From an uncultured virus (IMG/VR IMGVR_UViG_3300037635_003078) (lineage: Duplodnaviria; Heunggongvirae; Uroviricota; Caudoviricetes): a DNA stretch of 64,000 bases. Positions 21,421 to 31,313 of the stretch are shown in pieces. The stretch lies in IMG/VR virus record IMGVR_UViG_3300037635_003078, one strand, 5' to 3'. Position 1 is the first letter of the stretch. Each line of letters starts with the position of its first letter. The notes beneath the pieces were generated by a model. The model was not told the origin of the DNA. It did no database searches and saw only the letters and a list, made by a program, of their open reading frames with translations. Made by a program: the position numbers and the translations under genes.

Positions 21421-21438
21421 GTTTATTAAATAAAATAT

Positions 21439-21696
21439 ATGTCATACAAACGAGAAAAAAAAGTAAGAAAAGAACGTGAGGAGTTATTCCTATATGGTCA
21501 TGCTAATGGTGTAAGGGTTATTAATAATAACATTGAAGCAGCACTTAGAAAGTGGAAACGTATTATGAAAGATAATGGTGTAATTGACCTTATCAAGCAA
21601 AATAGGGAATACACTAAACCGACTACACGTAAACGTAAACAAATGAATGATGCTAGACGAGCTGATTGGGTCCGTAGACAACAAGAAGCAAGATAA
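21439..21696 (+). CDS. rpsU: Phage-encoded ribosomal protein bS21
   Basis: VRVINNNIEAALRKWKR...GVIDLIKQNREYTKPTTRKR matches the bS21 pattern; ~20 aa N-terminal extension. Confidence 0.88.
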   Translation: MSYKREKKVRKEREELFLYGHANGVRVINNNIEAALRKWKRIMKDNGVIDLIKQNREYTKPTTRKRKQMNDARRADWVRRQQEAR

Positions 21697-21847
21697 TAGT
21701 AAACACTTTATCGTTTATTGTAAAATTTACATACTTATTGTAAATTAATATCACTCCAATCTAATGAGTGATTCATATTATATTATTATATTCTATTAAG
21801 ATTTAAAATAATCTTATTATCCAAAAGTTTAATTTAGGAGGTAACAA

Positions 21848-22909
21848 ATGAAATCAGATTTGTTAAAAGAAGCAATCGCCGATGCTAAAGCCGTAAAAGA
21901 AACTGCATTAGCAAACGCAAAAATGGCTCTCGAAGAGGCATTTACTCCAAAACTCCAATCTATGCTTTCTCATAAACTAGCTGAAGAGTTAGATGAAGAA
22001 GAAATCGAAGAAGACGAAATGGAAGAAATGATGAAATCCGAAACGGATGACGAAGTTTCTGAAATGGAAGATGAAATGAAATCTGAAGAGGAAGAAATGG
22101 AAGAAGAGTTAGAATCAGATGAAGAAGAAGAGGTAGCTGATATCGCTTCTGACGAAATCGATTCTCACGAAGAGGAAATGCATTCTGAAGAAGAAGCTGA
22201 CGAAGAAGCTGACGAAGAAGCTGAAGACGAAGCTCAAGTAGAAGATGAAGTAGAAGAGATGATGGATGAAGAGGAAGAAGATGAACTCGACCTTGAATCA
22301 GTAATCGCTGAACTTGAAGCTGCTATGGAAGGTGAAGATTTAGACGAAGAAGAAGTTGAAGAAACTGAAGAAGTTGAAGAAACTGAAAAAGTTGAAGAAG
22401 TAATGGAATCAGAAGAAGAAGTTGAAGAGTCGGAAGAACTTGACGAAGAACTTTCTTTGGAAGAAATCATTTCTACTTTGAAAGAAATGTCTGAAGAAGA
22501 AGAAGTTGAAGAAACTTACGAATCGGAAGAAGTTGAAGAAGTAGAAGAATCAACGGAATTGGAAGAAGCATACGCTACTATCGAGTCGTTGAGAGGTACT
22601 ATCAATGAGGTAAACTTATTGAATGCTAAACTTCTTTACACTAACAAGTTGTTCAGAACATTCGACTTGAACGAAGGTCAGAAGATGAAAGTCATCGAAA
22701 ACTTCGATAGAGCTGAATCTTTGAGAGAAGTAAAATTGGTATTCGCTACATTGGGTGAAAACTTGAATGTTGCAAGAAAACCAAAAACAGTTGTAAAAGA
22801 ATCACTAGCGTCTAAGCCTATGGCATCGACTGCACCTAAGAAAGAAATCATTTCTGAAGGTAATGCTGTTGCTGATAGATTTAAGAAGCTTGCTGGTTTA
22901 ATTAAATAA
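21848..22909 (+). CDS. Prohead core / scaffolding protein
   Basis: Extremely Glu-rich, directly upstream of the major capsid gene; EVNLLNAKLLY, RFKKLAGL; AGGAGG RBS. Confidence 0.85.
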   Translation: MKSDLLKEAIADAKAVKETALANAKMALEEAFTPKLQSMLSHKLAEELDEEEIEEDEMEEMMKSETDDEVSEMEDEMKSEEEEMEEELESDEEEEVADIASDEIDSHEEEMHSEEEADEEADEEAEDEAQVEDEVEEMMDEEEEDELDLESVIAELEAAMEGEDLDEEEVEETEEVEETEKVEEVMESEEEVEESEELDEELSLEEIISTLKEMSEEEEVEETYESEEVEEVEESTELEEAYATIESLRGTINEVNLLNAKLLYTNKLFRTFDLNEGQKMKVIENFDRAESLREVKLVFATLGENLNVARKPKTVVKESLASKPMASTAPKKEIISEGNAVADRFKKLAGLIK

Positions 22910-22939
22910 TTAAAAAACTAAAAGAAAAGGATTAATAAG

Positions 22940-24538
22940 ATGAACACAAATTCTCTATTAAACGAATCTGCTGGTTTCAACAAAAAAATGAGCGAAGAGG
23001 CTAAAGGCCTTGTAGCCAAGTGGGAAAAAACTGGTCTTTTGGAAGGCGTTGACGCTGACTTCGAAAGAGCAAGTATTGCTACATTGTTGGAAAACCAAGC
23101 AAAGCAATTAGTATCTGAAGCATCAAGCACAGGTACTGCTGCAAACTCTGAAGAGTGGGCCGGTGTCGCTCTTCCATTAGTAAGACGTATCTTCAGCGAA
23201 ATCGCTGCAAAAGAATTCGTCTCAGTACAACCAATGAACCTACCTTCAGGTCTTGTATTCTATCTTGACTTCAAGTATGGTACTCCTCAGCCGGGTTTCG
23301 AAACTGGTGCTGGTAAGAATTCACAAACTGATTCAGTATTCGGTGTTACCGAAGTTGCTGGTGACGTTTCTGAAGGTCTTTATGGTGCAGGTCGTTTCGG
23401 ATACTCTATCAATGAAGATGAGTCTGCTGCACAAGAGTTGGAAGCTGCTGTTGGAACAAACGATTACGCTACTGCATCGTTGGCAATGTCTGACATCAAC
23501 TACGATTCAGCATTCTCTCAATCAGTATGGGCTGTTCACGATACTGACCTCGTAACTGTTGCTATTCAAACTGCGTCTATCGCAAACTTCGATAGTGAAG
23601 GTGTACGTGCATTCTCACTCGAAGGTGTTGACGAGTACTACGCTGAGTACACTCGTTTAGCTGGTGAAAACATCGTATTCGTTGCTCGTGATACTGCATT
23701 TGGTAATGTAACTGTTAAATATCAGAAACAACCAACTGACATCACTCGTGGTGACTTCGAAGACAAAACTGGTGCTGACATAGGTATTCCAGAATTGAAC
23801 GTAGAGCTACGCTCTGTACCAATCGTTGCTAAGACTCGTAAGTTGAAAGCACAATGGACGCCGGAATTCGCTCAAGATTTGAACGCATACCACTCAATCG
23901 ATGCTGAAGCTGAATTGACTTCAATGTTGTCTGAATACGTATCTCAAGAAATCGACCTCGAAATCTTAGATATGTTGATGGAAAACGCATTGACTGAAGG
24001 TCACTGGTCTGCTAAAGTAGGTTCTTCATGGAATGGTTCAGCATTTACTGCACCTGCAGCAAATGACGTACAACGTTACACTCAACAACAATGGTTCCAA
24101 ACTCTTGGTACTGTTCTTCAGAGAGTATCTAACCAAATTCATGCTAAGACCATGAGAGGTGGAGCTAACTTTATGGTAGTTTCTCCTGACGTTGCAACTA
24201 TCTTGGAATCAATCCCAGGATTTGCTGCTAATGGTACTGGTGCTGATATGCAATTCGCAATGGGTGTATCTCAAGTAGGTTCATTCGCGAATCGTTACCA
24301 AGTATACAAAAACCCATATTTGACATCTAATGTCGTATTGATGGGCTTCAAGGGTGCTCAATTCTTGGAAACTGGCGCAGTTTACGCTCCATACATTCCA
24401 TTAATCATGACTCCGTTGGTATATGACCCAACAAACTTCACTCCAAGAAAAGGTGTAATGACACGTTACGCTAAGCAAATGGTAAGAGGTGAGTTCTACG
24501 GTAAGGTATACGTTAATGGTTTAGAAACACTCGCATAG
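22940..24538 (+). CDS. Major capsid protein (T4 gp23-like)
   Basis: LLENQ, LPLVRR, VQPMNLPSGLVFYL, AKTRKLKAQWTPEFAQDL, YAPYIPL, GVMTRY. Confidence 0.97.
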   Translation: MNTNSLLNESAGFNKKMSEEAKGLVAKWEKTGLLEGVDADFERASIATLLENQAKQLVSEASSTGTAANSEEWAGVALPLVRRIFSEIAAKEFVSVQPMNLPSGLVFYLDFKYGTPQPGFETGAGKNSQTDSVFGVTEVAGDVSEGLYGAGRFGYSINEDESAAQELEAAVGTNDYATASLAMSDINYDSAFSQSVWAVHDTDLVTVAIQTASIANFDSEGVRAFSLEGVDEYYAEYTRLAGENIVFVARDTAFGNVTVKYQKQPTDITRGDFEDKTGADIGIPELNVELRSVPIVAKTRKLKAQWTPEFAQDLNAYHSIDAEAELTSMLSEYVSQEIDLEILDMLMENALTEGHWSAKVGSSWNGSAFTAPAANDVQRYTQQQWFQTLGTVLQRVSNQIHAKTMRGGANFMVVSPDVATILESIPGFAANGTGADMQFAMGVSQVGSFANRYQVYKNPYLTSNVVLMGFKGAQFLETGAVYAPYIPLIMTPLVYDPTNFTPRKGVMTRYAKQMVRGEFYGKVYVNGLETLA

Positions 24539-24566
24539 TAGTACGTTTTTAAATTAAAACCAAATT

Positions 24567-24592
24567 AAGGGGGACTTCGGTCCCCCTTTTTT
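24567..24592 (+). terminator. Intrinsic terminator with cUUCGg tetraloop
   Basis: AAGGGGGAC TTCG GTCCCCCTT followed by a T run, after the capsid gene. Confidence 0.93.
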
Positions 24593-24649
24593 ATTGCCCA
24601 AGTCATACTTATACTAAAGTAATTGTTATATTAGTAAAGGACATCGAGT

Positions 24650-25312
24650 ATGCCAGAGAATACAGAAAAGAGAGTTCCGAAGGGGAATATAAAATTTTCA
24701 ATAACGTTATCAGACGAGCAAAAGTTAACAAAGTCTGAGATTAGAAAACACCCATTTAGTTTTGTTTTAGGAAAGGCTGGTAGTGGTAAAACATTAGTGG
24801 CAGTCCAAATAGCTTTAGATTCGTTCTTTAAACGGGAAGTAAATAAGATAGTAATAACACGACCAACTGTTTCCAATGAGGATAATGGATTTCTACCAGG
24901 TTCACTCGAAGAAAAGATGGAACCTTGGTTAGTACCAATTCGTTCCAATATGAGAAAGGTTTATAACAAACCAGCCATTTTAGAAAAGATGGAAAAGGAT
25001 GAGAGTATTGAGTTGGTATCACTATCACACTTTAGAGGTAGAACATTTGACAACGCAATTGTTATAGTAGATGAGTTTCAAAACTTAACCAAACAACAAC
25101 TTGGTATGGTATTAGGTAGATTGGGTAAAAACTCTCGAATGATATTATGTGGAGATGGTCAGCAAATTGATTTAAAATTCAATAACGACTCTGCTATTCA
25201 TGATGTACCAAAACTAAAAGAATCTACATTTGTACACACTGTTACCTTGAAAGATAATCATAGACACGAATCGTTAGATGAAGTTTTAAGATTATTATAC
25301 TCTATTCAATAG
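24650..25312 (+). CDS. phoH: PhoH-family ATPase
   Basis: GKAGSGKT, ITRP, GFLPG, RGRTF, IVDEFQN, GDGQQID. Confidence 0.95.
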   Translation: MPENTEKRVPKGNIKFSITLSDEQKLTKSEIRKHPFSFVLGKAGSGKTLVAVQIALDSFFKREVNKIVITRPTVSNEDNGFLPGSLEEKMEPWLVPIRSNMRKVYNKPAILEKMEKDESIELVSLSHFRGRTFDNAIVIVDEFQNLTKQQLGMVLGRLGKNSRMILCGDGQQIDLKFNNDSAIHDVPKLKESTFVHTVTLKDNHRHESLDEVLRLLYSIQ

Positions 25313-25371
25313 TTCTAATCAATTTGTTACTATTTATATATTGAGGAAACGGATAATTATCGGAGATTTAT

Positions 25372-28300
25372 ATGTCATTTGACTACACAGGTTCATTTAG
25401 TGGTTCATTTTATGGAGTTATTTCAGCATCCAGCCAGGTTAGCTATACACAAATAACTAATAAACCTACTACTATTTCAGCATTTCAAAAAAATGCTATA
25501 ACCGCTAATAATAGGTTTAGAGAAGTAACATATCCAAATGATTCGGCATCATTCGATAGCAGAATTAATACATTGGAAAATTTAACCGATGATACTGGTT
25601 CTGATTCTCAAACTCTTTCGTTTAATCAAGCAAGTAATGAGTTAACAATCACCGAAGGTAATACAGTTGACTTATCCTCACTTTCTGGTGGAGGTGGAGG
25701 TGGTGGTTCATCCATATGGACCACTGTGGATGGTAAATACAAAGTAAGTGCAAATTTAGATGTAACTGGCTCTATTATCGCAACTTCATTTACAGGTTCG
25801 ATTGATACATCAAGTATCACAAACTTTGATACCGAAGTATCTCGTTCTGCTGCTGCAAGTGGGTTTGGTACTGGTGGTGGTACATCTGATTTTACACAAC
25901 TTACTAATGTTCCAAGTGGGTTAATTAGTAGTTCAACCCAAATCACATCAGCTGATTTAGACATGGGTGGTAATAAAGTCCTCTTTGGGAATGTTTATTC
26001 TCAATTATCTGACTTACCAAACGCTGCAAGTTACCATGGTATGTTTGCTCACGTTCACGCAACTGGTAAAGCATATTTTGCTCATGGTGGTAATTGGGTT
26101 GAATTAGCAAACGCAAGTGGTAATATATCATCATCTACACAAGTAGAAGCAATCATAGACAATGTATACATTTCAGCATCTGCTGCCGCAAGTGGATTCG
26201 GTGCAGGTGGTGGTGAGACTTATGCCGAAGGTTTGGGCATAGACATTGTATCTGAAGTAATATCAATTGATACAGCATCCGCACATTTTAGAATAGCAGT
26301 ATCTCAATCAGCAGCCAGCTACGGATTTGGTTCCGGTGGAGGTGGTGGAGGTGGTTCATTCGGTGACCCTCCTGTAATTATATCTCATGGATTTACTATA
26401 CCTGAATTCACAGGCAGTAACGCATTTATTGGTCAACTCATAGCAACAGATGTCACTCCTGGTGATACACAAACTTGGGCAGTTCAAGATTCGTATAGTG
26501 ATAACTTCTTTGAGGTATCTACTACTGGTGTAGTTAGAGCTACGGCTTCTTCGAGTAGAGCTATGAATACTGATAATACTCCAGGATCAGGTTCACATCC
26601 ATTCTTAATTAAAGTAACCGATGGCCAAAATAATGTAGTTGAAAAAACTATATACATTCGTGTAACCCCAAACTCAGCACCATCTTTTAGAATTGATGGT
26701 GTAAGTGGAAATACAATTACGGCATTTACCGCATCTTTGGATGAATCATCATCTGCTGAAACTAAAACTCAATATAGAGTCTATGTTACGGATGCTGATA
26801 GTGATGCACTAACAATTAGAACAGGTAGTTTAGGAACTGACCACTTCTCATTTACAATTGGTACGACTGGAGTATCAAAATATATAGACCTTGTTCAAGT
26901 AACAAGTTCTTTAGATTACGAGAGTTTAACGTCATACTCATTTATAATCACCGCATCAGATGCAAATTATGAATTAGGTTACGATGTCGCAAATATAACA
27001 CACCTACCATTCAGAGTAGAGGTAGTTGATAACTTAGGTCCAGGAATACAAAATCAATCGTTATCAGGTTTAAACGAAAACTCATCGGATGGTACTTCTG
27101 TTGGTAGTATTACTGCTACTGATAATAGTAATCCTGCTAATACAATATTGTATAAGGACTTTACATTGGTATCGGCCCATTCTGGAAGTGACATTTCAAA
27201 TCCAAATATCACTTCATCACTTGGGGGTACTACATTAACCGACCCTACCGCAGACCCATTCCAAATGAATATTGCAGGGGCTGTTACTCGTAAGTCTTCA
27301 GTATTCTTAAACTCAGATATCGCAAATAGGTATGTGTATAGAGTAAATGTCGGAGATGCTTATAACATAGATTCTGCAAGTGCATTGATTACAATTCCAA
27401 TCGCAGACGATGCTGCTTCAAGTATTGGTGTAAATGGTGGTACTTACTATGTCCACGAAGGTGCATTGACTGGAAAAAATTTAACAACCAATTCAAATGG
27501 ATACGCTTCAGGTGATATAACATTTACTTCAGCTGTATCTCAAATGTGGGAAGTTAATAGTGTACCAAGTGGATATGTTAGATTCCAACAAAATAGCGCA
27601 ACAAGTTATACGGGTTCAAGTGTAACTCTTGAAGTGGATACTGCTATTAGTGGTAACTTACACTTCGCAGATAGTGACACTGTGGCTATACAAATCACTG
27701 CATCTGAAACTTCATTTGAAACTACAAAACAATATAGAGACCATACTCTAACGATTACCGATAATAAACCATACGCAATTGTATTTACTGATACATCTGC
27801 TAATCTAAACACAAATGGTGCTAGACCATCAAATATATTAAGTGTAATTTCATTCACGGAACCTCAATTTGGTATTGGTGATACTATTGACCATAGTCAA
27901 TTCTCATTTACTGACCCAAGTGGTCAATTAACTGCATCACGAAATAGTGATGCTTATGAAGTAAGTGCTTTAACCAATTTGAGTGGGTCTACTACTTACG
28001 AGTTTACTGCAAGTATCGCTGATAGTTATGGTAATATCTCAACATCGGGTTCTTCATTTACAATCGTTGAAGCGGGACTTGGTACTCCTGGTGCAAATGG
28101 TGTATTTTATGTAATCGAATCGGCTGAAACTGGCGATAGTGTTGTTACTAACTCAAATGGTAGAACTGGAACTCAGGCTAAGTTGTCAGTAACATACTCA
28201 CCACAATATAATTCAGCAGCAGTTGCATCATTCACATCATCGAATGCACAACTTAGTGTCGCGAGTAATGGTAATGTGAGTGTTGGGACTAACATTAGTG

Positions 28301-30546
28301 GTAGTGGTGATGACTATCCAGGAACAATTAGTTCAAATATTACTTATAGAGACCAATTTGATAACATAGGTAGTGGTTCAGTTAGTATTACTCTAACAAT
28401 CAATAACGCCCCTACAGCCGCAGAACTTACTTCTACAAATAGAAATACCAATCAGGCAACTAATGGTAATCTATTATCCACTATAAAGTGGACTGATACT
28501 GAAGGTGATGCATTGAATGTATCTTCATTCACTTTAACAGGCACTGGCGCTTCTAACTTATCAAGTTCATATGATGGGTCTAATAACTTTGGATTATATG
28601 CAAATGGTGACCAATCAGCAGGAACTATCTCGTTTACGGCGAGCATAGAGGATGTACACGGATTCAGAACGGGTGTTTATAAAGATGATATTACAATCGC
28701 ACAAGCTGACAATGGTACTCTAACATCTCCTGGTAATTTGTTTATTATTGAATCTGCTACAAATGGTGATGGTATTACAAATACCACAACTGGTATTGGT
28801 ACTGCTAAAACTTTGAGTGTAACGTATTCACCAAGTTATGGGTCGCCGGTTGCACAAAACTTTACTTCAGACAACCCATTTATCTCAGTTGGTTCATCGA
28901 CTGGTGTACTGACAGTTGGAAATAATATTAGTGGTAGTAGTAATGTAGATGGTTCCACTATTACATCGACCATCGGATGGTCAGACCAATATGGTAATCC
29001 AAATTCACAACCAATCACAATAAGCGTTACTCCGAATAACGCACCAAGTGTAACAAGTGATACACAAACCACTGCTAATTTAAATACAAACTTAGCGATT
29101 GATGATGCATTATTAACCACATTAACATGGGGTGATGTTGAGAGTGATTCTTTAAATATCAACACATTTAATTTAAGTGGTACTAACGCATCGAGTCTTT
29201 CGTCATCTTATATTGGTGGTAACTCATTTGAGATTCGTGCAAACGGAGCATTAGCAGCAGGAACATACAATTATAACGCAAATGTTAAAGATGTACATGG
29301 ATTTAACCAAGGAGTATACTCTGACGCAATTACCATATCACAAGCAGGTGGTGGTAGTTTAAGTGTAAGTTCATTTAACATAATAGAATCCGCACTAAGT
29401 GGTTCTAATATCACAACTGATACTGATGGAATAGGTTCAGCCGCACAACTATCTGTAAATTATTCTCCAGATTATGGAAGTCAATCCGAGCAAAATTTTG
29501 CAACTGTTAGTTCGCTTGTACACGTAACTTCAACTGGTATATTAACTATTGAAGATAATGTAAGTGGTTCATACGCAAATGGAGCAAACTTCACGGCACC
29601 TATAACATGGACTGACCAATATGGAAACGCAGGAGCAGAGACTATAACAATTGAAGTTAGAAATAATGTAAACCCAAGTGTAACATTTGCTAGTAATGAA
29701 ACTGTAAACGCACCTCTTTCGGCCGGTACTAAGTTGGGGTCATTTACTATAAGTGATACTGAAAACGATACACCATTTAGCGCGTCTATTAGTGGTAGAG
29801 ACGCATCTAAGGTAGCATTGGACTCACAAAATGTAAACTCATCTTCATACTTTATTAACGCCGCTGACAATTCAGTTACAAGTCAAGCTGATTTACATTA
29901 CATGGTCTCAGTTAACGATGCATATGGTGAGGATTTTGTCCACACCCCAAGAACATCATCAATTGGAGCAGTTCCAGCAGCAGCCCCAATTGTTTATATT
30001 TATGATATTGGGTTGTCTTCTACAAACTACAATAATACTCTTGGATATTCAGCCGCAACAAACGTAGTTCCTTCAACATTATCAACCGCTACTGTATATA
30101 GTGGATTCGGATTTGCTGATATAATACAATCAAGTTTGGGTGGAACAAGTCTATCTTATAGTTTTGGTAGTTCTTATACAGCAACTTTGTTGAATTCCAA
30201 ATCAATGACTGACTTATATGATATTAGCGAATCCTTTGGTAGAATGAATAAGAATTCAGGACACCGTGTCGCTATAATTATCCCAAGTGGGTCTTCGATG
30301 AGTAATGTACCTACAATTATGGGCGATGGTTACAATTCAAATGGTTATTCTAACTTAGAGGTAGCTGTTGACAACGCAAATATAGGTAGTGGATTAGGTA
30401 CTACTGAACAAAGTTATATACACAAGATAACCTTAGATTCAGCAGTAAATGGATTTGATGATTATATTATAATATCAACAGTAAATCCAGTAGCCGGTTC
30501 ATCAAATATATTATTAGACATTAGACCTGATAATTCTACACCATAA
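25372..30546 (+). CDS. Very large virion protein with tandem cadherin/Ig-like domains (1724 aa)
   Basis: Repeated N-x-AP linkers, D-x-D/E-x-D motifs, LDYE, ENSSDGTSVG; Gly-rich linkers. Confidence 0.7.
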   Translation: MSFDYTGSFSGSFYGVISASSQVSYTQITNKPTTISAFQKNAITANNRFREVTYPNDSASFDSRINTLENLTDDTGSDSQTLSFNQASNELTITEGNTVDLSSLSGGGGGGGSSIWTTVDGKYKVSANLDVTGSIIATSFTGSIDTSSITNFDTEVSRSAAASGFGTGGGTSDFTQLTNVPSGLISSSTQITSADLDMGGNKVLFGNVYSQLSDLPNAASYHGMFAHVHATGKAYFAHGGNWVELANASGNISSSTQVEAIIDNVYISASAAASGFGAGGGETYAEGLGIDIVSEVISIDTASAHFRIAVSQSAASYGFGSGGGGGGGSFGDPPVIISHGFTIPEFTGSNAFIGQLIATDVTPGDTQTWAVQDSYSDNFFEVSTTGVVRATASSSRAMNTDNTPGSGSHPFLIKVTDGQNNVVEKTIYIRVTPNSAPSFRIDGVSGNTITAFTASLDESSSAETKTQYRVYVTDADSDALTIRTGSLGTDHFSFTIGTTGVSKYIDLVQVTSSLDYESLTSYSFIITASDANYELGYDVANITHLPFRVEVVDNLGPGIQNQSLSGLNENSSDGTSVGSITATDNSNPANTILYKDFTLVSAHSGSDISNPNITSSLGGTTLTDPTADPFQMNIAGAVTRKSSVFLNSDIANRYVYRVNVGDAYNIDSASALITIPIADDAASSIGVNGGTYYVHEGALTGKNLTTNSNGYASGDITFTSAVSQMWEVNSVPSGYVRFQQNSATSYTGSSVTLEVDTAISGNLHFADSDTVAIQITASETSFETTKQYRDHTLTITDNKPYAIVFTDTSANLNTNGARPSNILSVISFTEPQFGIGDTIDHSQFSFTDPSGQLTASRNSDAYEVSALTNLSGSTTYEFTASIADSYGNISTSGSSFTIVEAGLGTPGANGVFYVIESAETGDSVVTNSNGRTGTQAKLSVTYSPQYNSAAVASFTSSNAQLSVASNGNVSVGTNISGSGDDYPGTISSNITYRDQFDNIGSGSVSITLTINNAPTAAELTSTNRNTNQATNGNLLSTIKWTDTEGDALNVSSFTLTGTGASNLSSSYDGSNNFGLYANGDQSAGTISFTASIEDVHGFRTGVYKDDITIAQADNGTLTSPGNLFIIESATNGDGITNTTTGIGTAKTLSVTYSPSYGSPVAQNFTSDNPFISVGSSTGVLTVGNNISGSSNVDGSTITSTIGWSDQYGNPNSQPITISVTPNNAPSVTSDTQTTANLNTNLAIDDALLTTLTWGDVESDSLNINTFNLSGTNASSLSSSYIGGNSFEIRANGALAAGTYNYNANVKDVHGFNQGVYSDAITISQAGGGSLSVSSFNIIESALSGSNITTDTDGIGSAAQLSVNYSPDYGSQSEQNFATVSSLVHVTSTGILTIEDNVSGSYANGANFTAPITWTDQYGNAGAETITIEVRNNVNPSVTFASNETVNAPLSAGTKLGSFTISDTENDTPFSASISGRDASKVALDSQNVNSSSYFINAADNSVTSQADLHYMVSVNDAYGEDFVHTPRTSSIGAVPAAAPIVYIYDIGLSSTNYNNTLGYSAATNVVPSTLSTATVYSGFGFADIIQSSLGGTSLSYSFGSSYTATLLNSKSMTDLYDISESFGRMNKNSGHRVAIIIPSGSSMSNVPTIMGDGYNSNGYSNLEVAVDNANIGSGLGTTEQSYIHKITLDSAVNGFDDYIIISTVNPVAGSSNILLDIRPDNSTP

Positions 30547-30560
30547 TAGGAGATAATTAA

Positions 30561-31214
30561 ATGCCAGCAATTACAAGTAAATTAGTCTTATCATCAGCCG
30601 CCCAATCAGCAAATACTGTATTAGCTGATATTGGTTTAATAAAAGGTGCGTTATATGGTGTAAGTACTTTTAGCGATTTGGGAAACATTCACTCTAACTA
30701 TGTTGAAGATGGGCAGTTGATGTTTGTCCAAGATGTATCAAAATTTTATTCGTTAACAATCACTGCGGCAAATCCACCAGTTACATTTACTGATACCTTT
30801 ACTTGGAATGAAGTAACACTCGGAGCAAGTGGAGCACTTACCGCAGATGATACGGGTTCGTTTATTCTAGCATCACAAACTGGCTCATTCTTAACTTCCG
30901 CAGATACGGGATCGTTTATTCTAGCATCACAAACCTCATCAATGTCGGTTGCTACATCATCATTTATTTCAGATTCATTCATATCAGCATCTGCTGCAAG
31001 AAGTGGGTTTGGTTCTGGTGGTAGTGGTGGTAGTGGAATATTCACACAAGTAGGTTCCGATTATACAACAACTAATAATCTTCAAATTACTGGATCTGTA
31101 ACTGTAAATAATGGGTTATTTAAATTAACGGAGTTCACAACACTACCAAATGTAGAAGAAGGTGCAATGGCATATTCAGCATCTAATTTTTACTTTGGTA
31201 TTGGTGATGTTTAA
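30561..31214 (+). CDS. Virion fibre-associated protein
   Basis: Shares ISASAA-x-SGFG and SI(W/F)T...ITGS modules with 25372..30546; internal TGSFILASQT duplication; AGGAG RBS. Confidence 0.6.
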   Translation: MPAITSKLVLSSAAQSANTVLADIGLIKGALYGVSTFSDLGNIHSNYVEDGQLMFVQDVSKFYSLTITAANPPVTFTDTFTWNEVTLGASGALTADDTGSFILASQTGSFLTSADTGSFILASQTSSMSVATSSFISDSFISASAARSGFGSGGSGGSGIFTQVGSDYTTTNNLQITGSVTVNNGLFKLTEFTTLPNVEEGAMAYSASNFYFGIGDV

Positions 31215-31313
31215 AATAATAAAAACATACTTATAATAAGAAAATAAATTTTAAAAAAGTTACATCGATATATCAATTAATTGTATTAATACAAAAACAA
31301 AGGAAAATTAATT

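Noticed and set aside
21990..22570. GAAGAA-rich tract as a non-coding repeat
   Set aside because: It is the Glu-rich coding region of the scaffold protein.
14531..24538. Introns or inteins in terminase, portal or capsid genes
   Set aside because: Lengths are ordinary and motifs run without interruption.
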